Sequence record: AP018399.1
Direction: 5' to 3' (one strand)
Length of the DNA: 64,000 bases
The notes beneath the pieces were generated by a model, which had not been told where the DNA came from, did no database searches, and saw nothing but the letters and a program-made list of their open reading frames with translations. Below are positions 26,355 to 34,335 of the stretch, one piece after another. Both the position numbers and the translations under genes were made by a program. Each line of letters opens with the position of its first letter. Within the stretch, counting starts at the first letter, position 1.

Positions 26355-26592
26355 ACTGTGATGGTGTGCTGTTACGCCAAATGCTCTAAGGGTCTTGGTA
26401 TGCGTTCGACTTATCGTGTGCCACAATTGTCAGCCGTTGAGTCTAGGCTTCGCCCTTCGACCATACATACCAAACTGCGCTTGTCCTTCCCCTCGTGTTC
26501 TACGCCCATCCGCAAGGCACATGCTTTGGGACCGGTTCCACGTCGCAATTCTTTAAAGGATGGCTGCTTCTAAGCCAACCTCCCATCACAGT
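26355..26592 (-). ncRNA. Structured ncRNA mimicking the 23S rRNA GTPase-associated centre (H43/H44, L11 site) with a 170-nt insertion
   Basis: Minus strand reads ACUGUGAUGG-GAGGUUGGCUUAGAAGCAGCCAUCCUUUAAAGAAU-[170 nt]-GCGUAACAGCACA-CCAUCACAGU. The flanks match E. coli 23S 1051-1108 (GCCAGGAUGUUGGCUUAGAAGCAGCCAUCAUUUAAAGAAAGCGUAAUAGCUCACUGGU, recalled) and the ends form a perfect 10-bp closing stem. Confidence 0.85.
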
Positions 26593-26605
26593 TCAGGAGC
26601 GGATA

Positions 26606-27256
26606 TTACCCGAACTTCTTTTGCAAGTCAAGTCGGATGCCGTTGGGCTTGATGGCCTGATGCATCCAGTGTTCGTCAGTCTGAACATGACCCTTGCGGA
26701 CGTACTTCATGACATACTTGTCGAACTCTTCGTACAGGATTTCATCCGCGATTCGCAGAACAGCACCTTCAATCCTTGAAGTATCCAGCGATTCGCAGAT
26801 ATCACGAATCACCTTCTCATCGTAGATTCCATCGTACAGAACCTTGACGTGCGGCATTCCCAGACGGCCTACGCTAACAGTGTAGTCCCAATCATAGCAC
26901 TTGGTACCGTGCCATACGGAGAATACGTAGAAGTACGATTCCAGTTCTTCGTAGACAACCGAATGCTGGGCGTACATATTCTCGCCACAAATTCGGTCAC
27001 CATCCGGAATCATCCAAGCATTTTCCGCCCAAATGCGCTTGACCCAATCACGGCTAGGGTGATGGGCACTATCAATCGAACGGGCATGAATGCCATCCCG
27101 ATACATGGTCGTGTTTTCACCATCCATCTTCTCGGTCAAGATGACACGACGACCGTTGAACTGGTCGGTGGTCTTGATTACTTTGTCGTCCGACTGAACG
27201 CCCGGTGACCACGGCATATGCATGGTCCGGGGGTACTTGAATCGGTTGGCTTTCAT
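26606..27256 (-). CDS. ATP-dependent RNA ligase (single nucleotidyltransferase domain)
   Basis: KYPRTxHxPWSPG, motif I TEKMDGEN, ICGEN, YFYVFSVW, IEGAVLR, KYVR. Confidence 0.88.
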   Translation of the reverse strand: MKANRFKYPRTMHMPWSPGVQSDDKVIKTTDQFNGRRVILTEKMDGENTTMYRDGIHARSIDSAHHPSRDWVKRIWAENAWMIPDGDRICGENMYAQHSVVYEELESYFYVFSVWHGTKCYDWDYTVSVGRLGMPHVKVLYDGIYDEKVIRDICESLDTSRIEGAVLRIADEILYEEFDKYVMKYVRKGHVQTDEHWMHQAIKPNGIRLDLQKKFG

Positions 27257-27285
27257 GACACTATTCCTTTAAATGTTAAGTGTCA

Positions 27286-27314
27286 ATTATAACAGCTTAC
27301 GGGTTCCCTTGCAA
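27286..27314 (-). promoter_or_regulatory. Sigma70 promoter TTGCAA-17-TATAAT driving RNA ligase and ncRNA
   Basis: Consensus -10, 17-nt spacer, 4/6 -35; ~30 nt upstream of the ligase ATG (AAGGA SD). Confidence 0.75.
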
Positions 27315-28082
27315 GGCGTAAGTGTTACGCAACTGGAAGATTTGACCAGTGTTAGGGGCCATAGGCTGAACGCCAACAAGGTCTTGGGCAATCAGGCCGG
27401 GGATGATACGGCGATACGTTTCCACATCTAAGCCACCGGCTGACATATCGACAATACCAATCTCGTCTTCATCTGCACCGCCATGTAGAAGCCTGTCGGC
27501 CATATCGTCAACGTCATCGCAGACGATAACGAAACGAGCGCCGTTGTAGATTTTGGTCATGCGACGAAGTGGCACAGTGTCATCGGTCAATGACTGATAT
27601 GTCTGCTGGCCTAGCACATACTCTCTACGCTGCCCAACTCTTGCGCGACAAATATGCATCAATTCGAATAGATGCTCTTCGGTATTTCGGTCCGGAATGT
27701 CAAAAATGTATACGTCGCTAGTCAAAGCGCCTCGCATATACTCCGGTCGCAGGATTGATTCAATGGATTCAACTTCAAGGGTGTTATAGTCTGCCTTGAA
27801 TACTCCACGAGCCTTCTTGCAATGCCCCAAGTCTTGGAACATTCTATCAACAGCGTACTTACTATGGACACCAAAAGTAATTTCAATAGGGTCTTCGGAA
27901 TACAAGAACTCCCATTCTGCGTAGTTGCTCAGGGCTGTAGTGATACCATGCATACGCTTATATGGAATAAGCGTGAATTGGCAGCTATCCATCGCATTGA
28001 TGATGTTCTGCTGAGTCTTGGTCGGGAATCGTCCTGTCTTATCCAAGAAGAACGTAGTGGGGTCAATTTTAAAGTGTGCCAT
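27297..28082 (-). CDS. Hypothetical protein ending in a copy of a major-capsid-protein motif
   Basis: C-terminal RRIIPGLIAQDLVGVQPM vs MCP RRIIPGTIATELVGVQPM. Confidence 0.7.
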   Translation of the reverse strand: MAHFKIDPTTFFLDKTGRFPTKTQQNIINAMDSCQFTLIPYKRMHGITTALSNYAEWEFLYSEDPIEITFGVHSKYAVDRMFQDLGHCKKARGVFKADYNTLEVESIESILRPEYMRGALTSDVYIFDIPDRNTEEHLFELMHICRARVGQRREYVLGQQTYQSLTDDTVPLRRMTKIYNGARFVIVCDDVDDMADRLLHGGADEDEIGIVDMSAGGLDVETYRRIIPGLIAQDLVGVQPMAPNTGQIFQLRNTYALQGNP

Positions 28083-28510
28083 TAGTACATATACCTGCCA
28101 ATGAATTTGTTCAAAGCATCCATTGACGGCTTGCCGGTAGGCTCATCCGCGTCAATTTCTCCGAACTGGTCAATCAAGAACTGTCGAATTGGGATTAGTT
28201 CAGGGTCAGTCAACAGTTCATACTTGGTCAGCATGAATGGACGAGCCATATCTTCAATCCACATGGCAAGCTGCAAATCAAGCAAGTGCTTACCCAGAGC
28301 ATATCCGTTGACCATTCCGTCAACGGTGTCATAATGATTTACGAAACCGTTACCGGTTGATTCGTAATCGTACATGGCATACGCTGATTCTTCCGAGAAG
28401 TCAGCGTTGGGATAGTTCCGAGCGAACCATTTGTAGTTCTCGGCCTTAGCCCGCCATTTCTTTGATATGTACATAAACAAAAATCCCACGTTTCCGTGGG
28501 ATTTTAGCAC
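28082..28510 (-). CDS. Hypothetical protein
   Basis: 142-aa ORF, TAATG overlap with next gene. Confidence 0.65.
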   Translation of the reverse strand: MLKSHGNVGFLFMYISKKWRAKAENYKWFARNYPNADFSEESAYAMYDYESTGNGFVNHYDTVDGMVNGYALGKHLLDLQLAMWIEDMARPFMLTKYELLTDPELIPIRQFLIDQFGEIDADEPTGKPSMDALNKFIGRYMY

Positions 28511-28525
28511 ATCATTTATTTTGAA

Positions 28526-30226
28526 TCAACCTCGCCACTTACCATTGATGATGTTGATAAGTGTGCGCTTACCGTCTGGATAGACGATGGCGTGGGTTGT
28601 CATCCATGAACTTGGGCCACTGTTGTAACCCATGTCTAGCTGTGAGCTTGTACCCACCTGATAGACACCTTCGTAGATGCCCGGACTGTGACTGTGGCCG
28701 ATGATGGCCTTGGTACCAATCTTACTCATGTTCTGGATAGAACCGCGAGCGCCGTTTGGACCCTTGTCGCCGTGGAATCCTAGTTCGATGTTACCAACTA
28801 CCATTGACTGGTCACGCTTCAAGAACACAGTGTTGTCGTGAGCCTGTAGACCACGCTGCTGGTCTGGATTCAAGCACCAGAATTCAAACGGGTCGAACGC
28901 TTCGAAGCGACCATTGTCCGACTTCTTAACACTCTTGTACTGATGGTACTTCAAGTAGAAATAGAAGCGGGCGTTCTTCGGGTCGTTCAATGGATTGGCT
29001 TCACGTAGCCAACGGTCCAGAGCTTCGTCATGGTTCGACTTCACGATGACGTTCAATGAATCCGGGTCGTTGTAACGGTCAATCAAGTCTGCCGCAATCT
29101 GTAGTTCAGCTTCAACGTCGTCGTTGCCGAATAGATGCTTTGCAAAGTTGGTTAGGTCGTCACCACGATGGTGATGATTGCGTGAGTAGAAGTCGTTCAA
29201 GTCATGGAACACGCGGATTTCTGGACGTAGAACGTTGACGATGCTGTCCTCATCAGAGTACGTAGCAGCTTCGACTTCCTTATCCAAGAACATTGCGTGG
29301 GTATCGCCGGTTACTAGAGCCGCGATACGCTGTCCACCAACGAAGTCGGTTTCGGTGTAGTACGTGTCTAGGTCGTAGAACGAACCGTCTGCTTGACCAT
29401 GCACATGACGAACATGGAAATCTTCTTCGGTCACTTCAACAATCAAAGCGGCGAGACTGTGGTGGAATTCACCCTTGAATCCAGCCTTCGAATCGGTGTA
29501 GTTCGGGACGGTCACTGCGCCAGTCGTAACTAGGAACTTTGGCAATTCCTTGCTAGGAGTAGGAACAGTCTTCATCTGAATCTTCGGATGGCCGAAGATA
29601 GCTGATGAATTACCGGTGTAGCCTTCGAAGCCCGATAGCGGCTGGACAGCGGTCGGCTGAATCTTGACGCCACCAACCAACACAAGTTCCGGACACACCT
29701 TGACGTTACCGTTGACCATGTATTCGTCCAGTGCTGCGTCCCACTTCTCGTGTTCCTTATCGGAGAATACTGATGTAGGATTCTTGTAGCGATATGGAAT
29801 CACTAGAAGGTCAGCACTGTTGACTTCACAGTAGTTGAGTAGTGCAGCGAAGAATGGCTGGTGAATCGGCGTGTTGTTCTGTGCCGAAGTGATTACGAAC
29901 TTACCAACCTTACGTTGACCGTCAGACTTAATTACTTTAACGATATCAGTTGCGCTAGCAGCCTTTTCCTTTGCTGCTGCGATATCGTCACGGAACTTCT
30001 GGACATTTTCAGCGGAAACAGACTTTCCGTTGTCAGAACGAAGTGCCGGTAGGGTGATACCAAGCTGGTGCTTCACACTCAAAGCACGGCGAGCCACAGA
30101 GGCCGACTTGATACCAAAGAACTCTGCTAGCTGTTCGCGTGTCCACTTATGCTTAGCAGCAGTCTTGTAATGGAGAATAAAATCTTCTAGGTCTTCTCTA
30201 CGCTTATCTTTTTGAATCATTTTCAA
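28526..30226 (-). CDS. Calcineurin-like metallophosphoesterase with N-terminal HTH-like region
   Basis: GDTH, FHDLND, SNHD, FHGD, GHSH metal-binding motifs; N-terminal WTREQLAEFFGIKSASVARR. Confidence 0.75.
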   Translation of the reverse strand: MKMIQKDKRREDLEDFILHYKTAAKHKWTREQLAEFFGIKSASVARRALSVKHQLGITLPALRSDNGKSVSAENVQKFRDDIAAAKEKAASATDIVKVIKSDGQRKVGKFVITSAQNNTPIHQPFFAALLNYCEVNSADLLVIPYRYKNPTSVFSDKEHEKWDAALDEYMVNGNVKVCPELVLVGGVKIQPTAVQPLSGFEGYTGNSSAIFGHPKIQMKTVPTPSKELPKFLVTTGAVTVPNYTDSKAGFKGEFHHSLAALIVEVTEEDFHVRHVHGQADGSFYDLDTYYTETDFVGGQRIAALVTGDTHAMFLDKEVEAATYSDEDSIVNVLRPEIRVFHDLNDFYSRNHHHRGDDLTNFAKHLFGNDDVEAELQIAADLIDRYNDPDSLNVIVKSNHDEALDRWLREANPLNDPKNARFYFYLKYHQYKSVKKSDNGRFEAFDPFEFWCLNPDQQRGLQAHDNTVFLKRDQSMVVGNIELGFHGDKGPNGARGSIQNMSKIGTKAIIGHSHSPGIYEGVYQVGTSSQLDMGYNSGPSSWMTTHAIVYPDGKRTLINIINGKWRG

Positions 30227-30235
30227 TATCCTAAG

Positions 30236-30730
30236 TTATTTCTTTTCTGATTCTGACACTATCTGGCCTTCGATGACGTTATCCTCACTGTTACCCATTA
30301 GACGGCGCAATAGTTCGTTACGGTCTTCGACAAGGACAATGTTGTTTGTGGTGTTGCCACCCTTGGCACCGGCTGTCTTGGCACGGGCAATCAACTTGTC
30401 CTTATTTTCCTTCAAATTCGCCCTCTTGCTCGCTGCCGCTAGGGCCACGTTCAAGTGCTGTACGCTGACTTCACCAAGGCGAGCCGCAAACTTAGTGTCT
30501 GCGGTGTCAATCATTTCCTGTAGATTGTCATAACCGGTCATCGCAGCATCGTAAATCTCTTGGTAAGTTTCCTCTAGCTCCGTATCCTTCTCATCGAATT
30601 CCTGATACGGGGTTAGTTCGGTTTTACGCTGATACTTGACGACCTCGGTAGAAGCGGGTTCGATGTTGAAGAACTCTTCTAGCGGATGGTCAACCAGTTC
30701 TTTGATTTGTTCGATTTTGCGGATAGTCAT
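30236..30730 (-). CDS. Terminase small subunit-like (T4 gp16-like)
   Basis: Helical core, A..ARLGEV..Q.L, then GGNTTNNIVLVEDRNELLRRL, comparable to gp16 C-terminal beta/helix pattern. Confidence 0.6.
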   Translation of the reverse strand: MTIRKIEQIKELVDHPLEEFFNIEPASTEVVKYQRKTELTPYQEFDEKDTELEETYQEIYDAAMTGYDNLQEMIDTADTKFAARLGEVSVQHLNVALAAASKRANLKENKDKLIARAKTAGAKGGNTTNNIVLVEDRNELLRRLMGNSEDNVIEGQIVSESEKK

Positions 30731-30753
30731 GGAGGGTTCTCAACTCCCTCTAT

Positions 30754-31011
30754 TTAGTCCACTTCTGGCTCAGGAGCCGGTTTTGAAGCGGGTTTCAGCG
30801 CGTCCTTAACTAGCTGCTCCACCTGAGCCTTCTTGATATTAAGTAGAATCTCTGCCTTTTCCAGCGCCAGCAGAGCGTCAATGTATTCCTGAGAATACAG
30901 GTTCAGTGTTGCAATTTCGTTTTGGATATGGTCTGGCAAAGCAATCACCGGGACAGACTTACCATCCACGGTGATGCTCGTCAGGGGTTCACTTTTAAGC
31001 GGGTGTTTCAT
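30754..31011 (-). CDS. Small hypothetical protein
   Basis: ITVDGKSV.. followed by coiled helix; GGAA SD. Confidence 0.65.
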   Translation of the reverse strand: MKHPLKSEPLTSITVDGKSVPVIALPDHIQNEIATLNLYSQEYIDALLALEKAEILLNIKKAQVEQLVKDALKPASKPAPEPEVD

Positions 31012-31020
31012 TTAAGTTCC

Positions 31021-32580
31021 TTAGTTTGCGTGTGCGAACGATTGCATCAGTTGTTCAAGAGGATTGTCATTGGACAGCTTCTTCTTGATGGTCTTCGGTA
31101 CGGTCTTCACCGGCTTCTCTTCTGTTTCCCACGGTGGCGAATCATCTTCCTGCGGGATTGCCGGAGTGGTTGCCGGAGTCTTCACCGGAGCGGCGTAGCT
31201 TAGGATTGCCTGACCGTCATTATCTTCCATCGTATCGTCGGAAGTATGGTCGTCAGCGCTTACGCTACCCGGTAGGCCAAGCTCTTCGCCAGTGACAGCC
31301 ATCTTCAACTTATTCTTCTTCGATGGGATAGCCATAATGTCGCGGACTGGTACTGAACCGGTGTCCGTGATTTGCAGGTTGTCCGCATTGAATTTGAGTT
31401 GTTTCGATGTACCTACCGCAGACGATGAACGTGTCTTGAGGAAGTAGATAATCATGTCACCCTGAACACGCATTGCTGGGTCCATGAAAATCGAAATGTA
31501 ATTGTCCACAGTGTTGACCTTGGTGATACCGCCCGCGATTACGCCTTGGTCTGGCGACGCCATACGAATCGCTTCACGGTTCTGCTGCGAAGCAGAAATC
31601 ATGATGGCGTTGTAGACGTAGGCGACTTCGGCTAGCTGCTCCGACTTTAGCTTGTCCTGTTCGGACACGCCCATCGACTTACCAACACCACCGTTCGGTG
31701 ATAGAAGGTCAAGGTAGTCCACGATGATAACGTCAGGCTTTGCCTTGAACGTCAGTTCGTAGTGCTTGAGGTAGCCGCGAATGTCGTTGGCCGAAGAGCC
31801 GTTCGGAATACGCTTGATGAGGAACGAACCGCCATTGGTGGACTGTTCGTTTAGCTTCTGTGCGATGTTCGGAATGTTGTCCTTCCAGTCCATCGCCTTA
31901 ACACCGGTCATAATGGCCGTGTTACGTAGGAAAATCATATCCTCAGAAAGCTCAAGCGACAATAGCAGAACTCGGTAACCACGCTTGGCGTAGTTAGCAC
32001 CGATGTTTGCCATCATAATTGATTTACCACCACCGGAGTTTGCCGAGAATAGGGTAAACTGCTTACGGGCCAGACCACCGCCTAGCGGTTCGTCAATGCC
32101 GTTGATGCCGGTTGGTTCATAAATCTGGGAGTCCACCAAGCGACGCATACGCTCTTCCGGATTCTCAAACATATCCACACCAATGTCTCGCTCAAGGGAA
32201 ACCTCAAGAGCGGCTTGGATGGACTGTAGGATACTTTCAAATGATTTAGTATCCTTGCTGAGCGCCTTCGGAATCGACTCTTCGATGGCAGCGTATAGGG
32301 CTTGCTGCTTACAGAACAGTTCGATATCATCGCATGTGGATTGTTCTTCCGACACGGGGATGTGTTCCCGATACTCGTAGTCCATTTCCGGGAACTTGGC
32401 GTTTAGAGCCTTGCTGCTCGGGATGTTATGGTACTTCTCAAAGTATTCGGAAATAAATTGAACCGAAGGTCGGTACTCCGGGTCAAAGTATTCTGGTTTG
32501 ATGATGCCGATACAACGTGAGAACACGTCTTTGCTCGACAACAGGGTTTCAATGGTTAGTTTTTGTTCGTTGGAATTCAT
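31021..32580 (-). CDS. gp41: Replicative DnaB-like helicase (T4 gp41-like)
   Basis: ANSGGGKS Walker A, LSLELSE, IIVDYLDL, SASQQNR, KTRSS; disordered C-terminal tail. Confidence 0.9.
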   Translation of the reverse strand: MNSNEQKLTIETLLSSKDVFSRCIGIIKPEYFDPEYRPSVQFISEYFEKYHNIPSSKALNAKFPEMDYEYREHIPVSEEQSTCDDIELFCKQQALYAAIEESIPKALSKDTKSFESILQSIQAALEVSLERDIGVDMFENPEERMRRLVDSQIYEPTGINGIDEPLGGGLARKQFTLFSANSGGGKSIMMANIGANYAKRGYRVLLLSLELSEDMIFLRNTAIMTGVKAMDWKDNIPNIAQKLNEQSTNGGSFLIKRIPNGSSANDIRGYLKHYELTFKAKPDVIIVDYLDLLSPNGGVGKSMGVSEQDKLKSEQLAEVAYVYNAIMISASQQNREAIRMASPDQGVIAGGITKVNTVDNYISIFMDPAMRVQGDMIIYFLKTRSSSAVGTSKQLKFNADNLQITDTGSVPVRDIMAIPSKKNKLKMAVTGEELGLPGSVSADDHTSDDTMEDNDGQAILSYAAPVKTPATTPAIPQEDDSPPWETEEKPVKTVPKTIKKKLSNDNPLEQLMQSFAHAN

Positions 32581-32604
32581 CTTGTGCCTTGCAGAACGGG
32601 ATGA

Positions 32605-32633
32605 AGACTATCATCCCAAATAATAATTAGCAA
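32605..32633 (-). promoter_or_regulatory. Promoter TTGCTA-17-TAGTCT upstream of gp41
   Basis: Shares CTTGCTAATTAT with the gp32 promoter. Confidence 0.55.
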
Positions 32634-32665
32634 GGAACCTGCGATGTGCCTGAATTATAAGACAG

Positions 32666-34321
32666 TTATTTTGACGGCTTGATAGCGTCCGAAATCTTGG
32701 ATGGGTCCGTGACTGTCGATGTGTCAGTGTTTTCGTAATTCTGTAGGAGAGGCTTCGCGTCGCGAATGTCAGCGCGGTGGTCGCGTTCCAAGAAAATCCA
32801 GCGCATCTTCTTGACAGACCAGCGGTGCAGGCGTGCAGGAATATCCTTGCCTACATATGTATACGTCAAACGGTGGTATGCACCATCCTTCGGATTTTTC
32901 GGGAACTCATCGCCTTCGGTGTACTCTTCACCGTTCGGTGGCATAGCGTCAATACCGTAGATATTGCGCACACGGTCGTAGCGACGCATGTTCTTTCCAA
33001 CCTTGTCGCCCCACTCAATCATTTCAGGTGAGAACTTCATTACGTCGGCATAGTCTTCACCCTTCTCAGGAACCATAGTGTTCGCTTCGGCCTCAATGTT
33101 TTGAGCGATGGCCGAGTAGTCCTGATACTTCTTGTTGTTCACACCGTCGTCAATGTCGAACAGACCAGTGCTGTCGATATTGCGAGTAAGTTTACCCATG
33201 ATATCCTGAGTCTCCTGCGAGGCGATTACCGGCTTCGCAGTTAGCTTCTGGATGGTAGGCTTCCATGTCGGAGTGTAGCCATTGATGCTCCACGCCACGT
33301 CTGTGATTTCCAAATACTTTAGAACCGGCTTTAGGTCCGGGGTGTATTGGGTTTCAGATGGTAGCTGGACGATATCGCCAATGACGAACGGACGGCCTAG
33401 ACGGGCAACCGCAGTACGGAAGCTGACTTCAAGGTAGTAGGAGTCGGTGTCGAACATCATACCCCACTTACCCAGAATACTTTGAGTGTCGATAGGAGTG
33501 TAGGAACACTTCATAGCCACCGCTTCTTCCTGATAGTCGCGGTCACGGTTTTCTAGCCAGAACTTGTCCTGAATGTTTGTAACGGCAGTCTTCTCGTAAT
33601 CTGTGAGAATCATAGCACGAACTGACCACCAATCGTCAGCACCGCCGTTGAACTTCATCGGACGAATACGCCAGTAGCGTGATGGGACCGATGAAGGGAA
33701 ATTAATTGTGAACCAACCATCACAGTCAGCAACGTCGGCCATAGCCACACCGAACCACTTCTGACCATCCACGGAACGCTCAATGCGGACCTTGGTCACA
33801 CGGTTCTGCTTGTTGCAGCCCTGCATAATCTTGATGCTGGCTAGATTCTTCTTGACGTAGGTTTCAATACCGTAACGAACACGGCCATTCTCAAGACGGA
33901 TAGGGCCGAAGTCGAATCCGATGAAAGCATTGCTCACGACAGACGGACCAGTCTCGGCCGAACGCCATTCTTGGTCGTACTTGTTGAAAGCGTAGCTTGG
34001 TGGGAAGTTCCCTAGGTAGCTGGAAGCCATCGCAGCACCAGCCCCGGTAAGGTCGGTCAAGGAACCCTGTTCGTGGACGCCTAGGAGCTTATGTACATTC
34101 AGGGGAGCGCCCGAAATGTTGATTTGGTCTTCGATGTAATCCGTTGCAAGGCAGGTTACGTTGTCCTGCGTCAAATCCCACGGCGAGCAAGTGTCATTCT
34201 CTGGGCAGAGAGTGACACCATCGGGAAGCACAATGCAACCGGTGTTGGGGTCAAGACCGGTTTCATCTAGAGTGCATTCGTTGTTCTTTCCGCCGCAAGG
34301 CTTGCAAGGATTATCTGTCAT
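32666..34321 (-). CDS. Neck/head-closure protein (gp14-like) with inserted discoidin (F5/8 type C)-like domain
   Basis: LNVHKLLG...FWLENRDRDY...GRPFVIGDIVQLP gp14-like segments; FIGFDFG...RIERSVDGQKW...SRYWRIRP discoidin pattern; adjacent to gp13. Confidence 0.6.
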   Translation of the reverse strand: MTDNPCKPCGGKNNECTLDETGLDPNTGCIVLPDGVTLCPENDTCSPWDLTQDNVTCLATDYIEDQINISGAPLNVHKLLGVHEQGSLTDLTGAGAAMASSYLGNFPPSYAFNKYDQEWRSAETGPSVVSNAFIGFDFGPIRLENGRVRYGIETYVKKNLASIKIMQGCNKQNRVTKVRIERSVDGQKWFGVAMADVADCDGWFTINFPSSVPSRYWRIRPMKFNGGADDWWSVRAMILTDYEKTAVTNIQDKFWLENRDRDYQEEAVAMKCSYTPIDTQSILGKWGMMFDTDSYYLEVSFRTAVARLGRPFVIGDIVQLPSETQYTPDLKPVLKYLEITDVAWSINGYTPTWKPTIQKLTAKPVIASQETQDIMGKLTRNIDSTGLFDIDDGVNNKKYQDYSAIAQNIEAEANTMVPEKGEDYADVMKFSPEMIEWGDKVGKNMRRYDRVRNIYGIDAMPPNGEEYTEGDEFPKNPKDGAYHRLTYTYVGKDIPARLHRWSVKKMRWIFLERDHRADIRDAKPLLQNYENTDTSTVTDPSKISDAIKPSK

Positions 34322-34335
34322 GGTCTTATTTACTG

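Noticed and set aside
26480-26520. Possible sarcin-ricin loop or domain VI mimic inside the insertion (UGGGCGUAGAACACGAGGGG)
   Set aside because: Only loose similarity; the AGUACGAGAGGA core is absent
26355-26592. Calling the element a 23S rRNA gene or pseudogene
   Set aside because: Only the ~58-nt H43/H44 region is rRNA-like, flanking stem has compensatory changes, and no other rRNA sequence is nearby; better treated as a mimic
26295-26779. Plus-strand ORFs 26295..26573 and 26495..26779
   Set aside because: Antisense to the ligase unit, no SD, cross a terminator and the conserved RNA structure; no protein-like features
14665-32580. Inteins or introns in UvsW, UvsX, terminase or gp41
   Set aside because: Protein lengths are normal and motifs are contiguous; no intein N/C-terminal blocks or homing endonuclease seen
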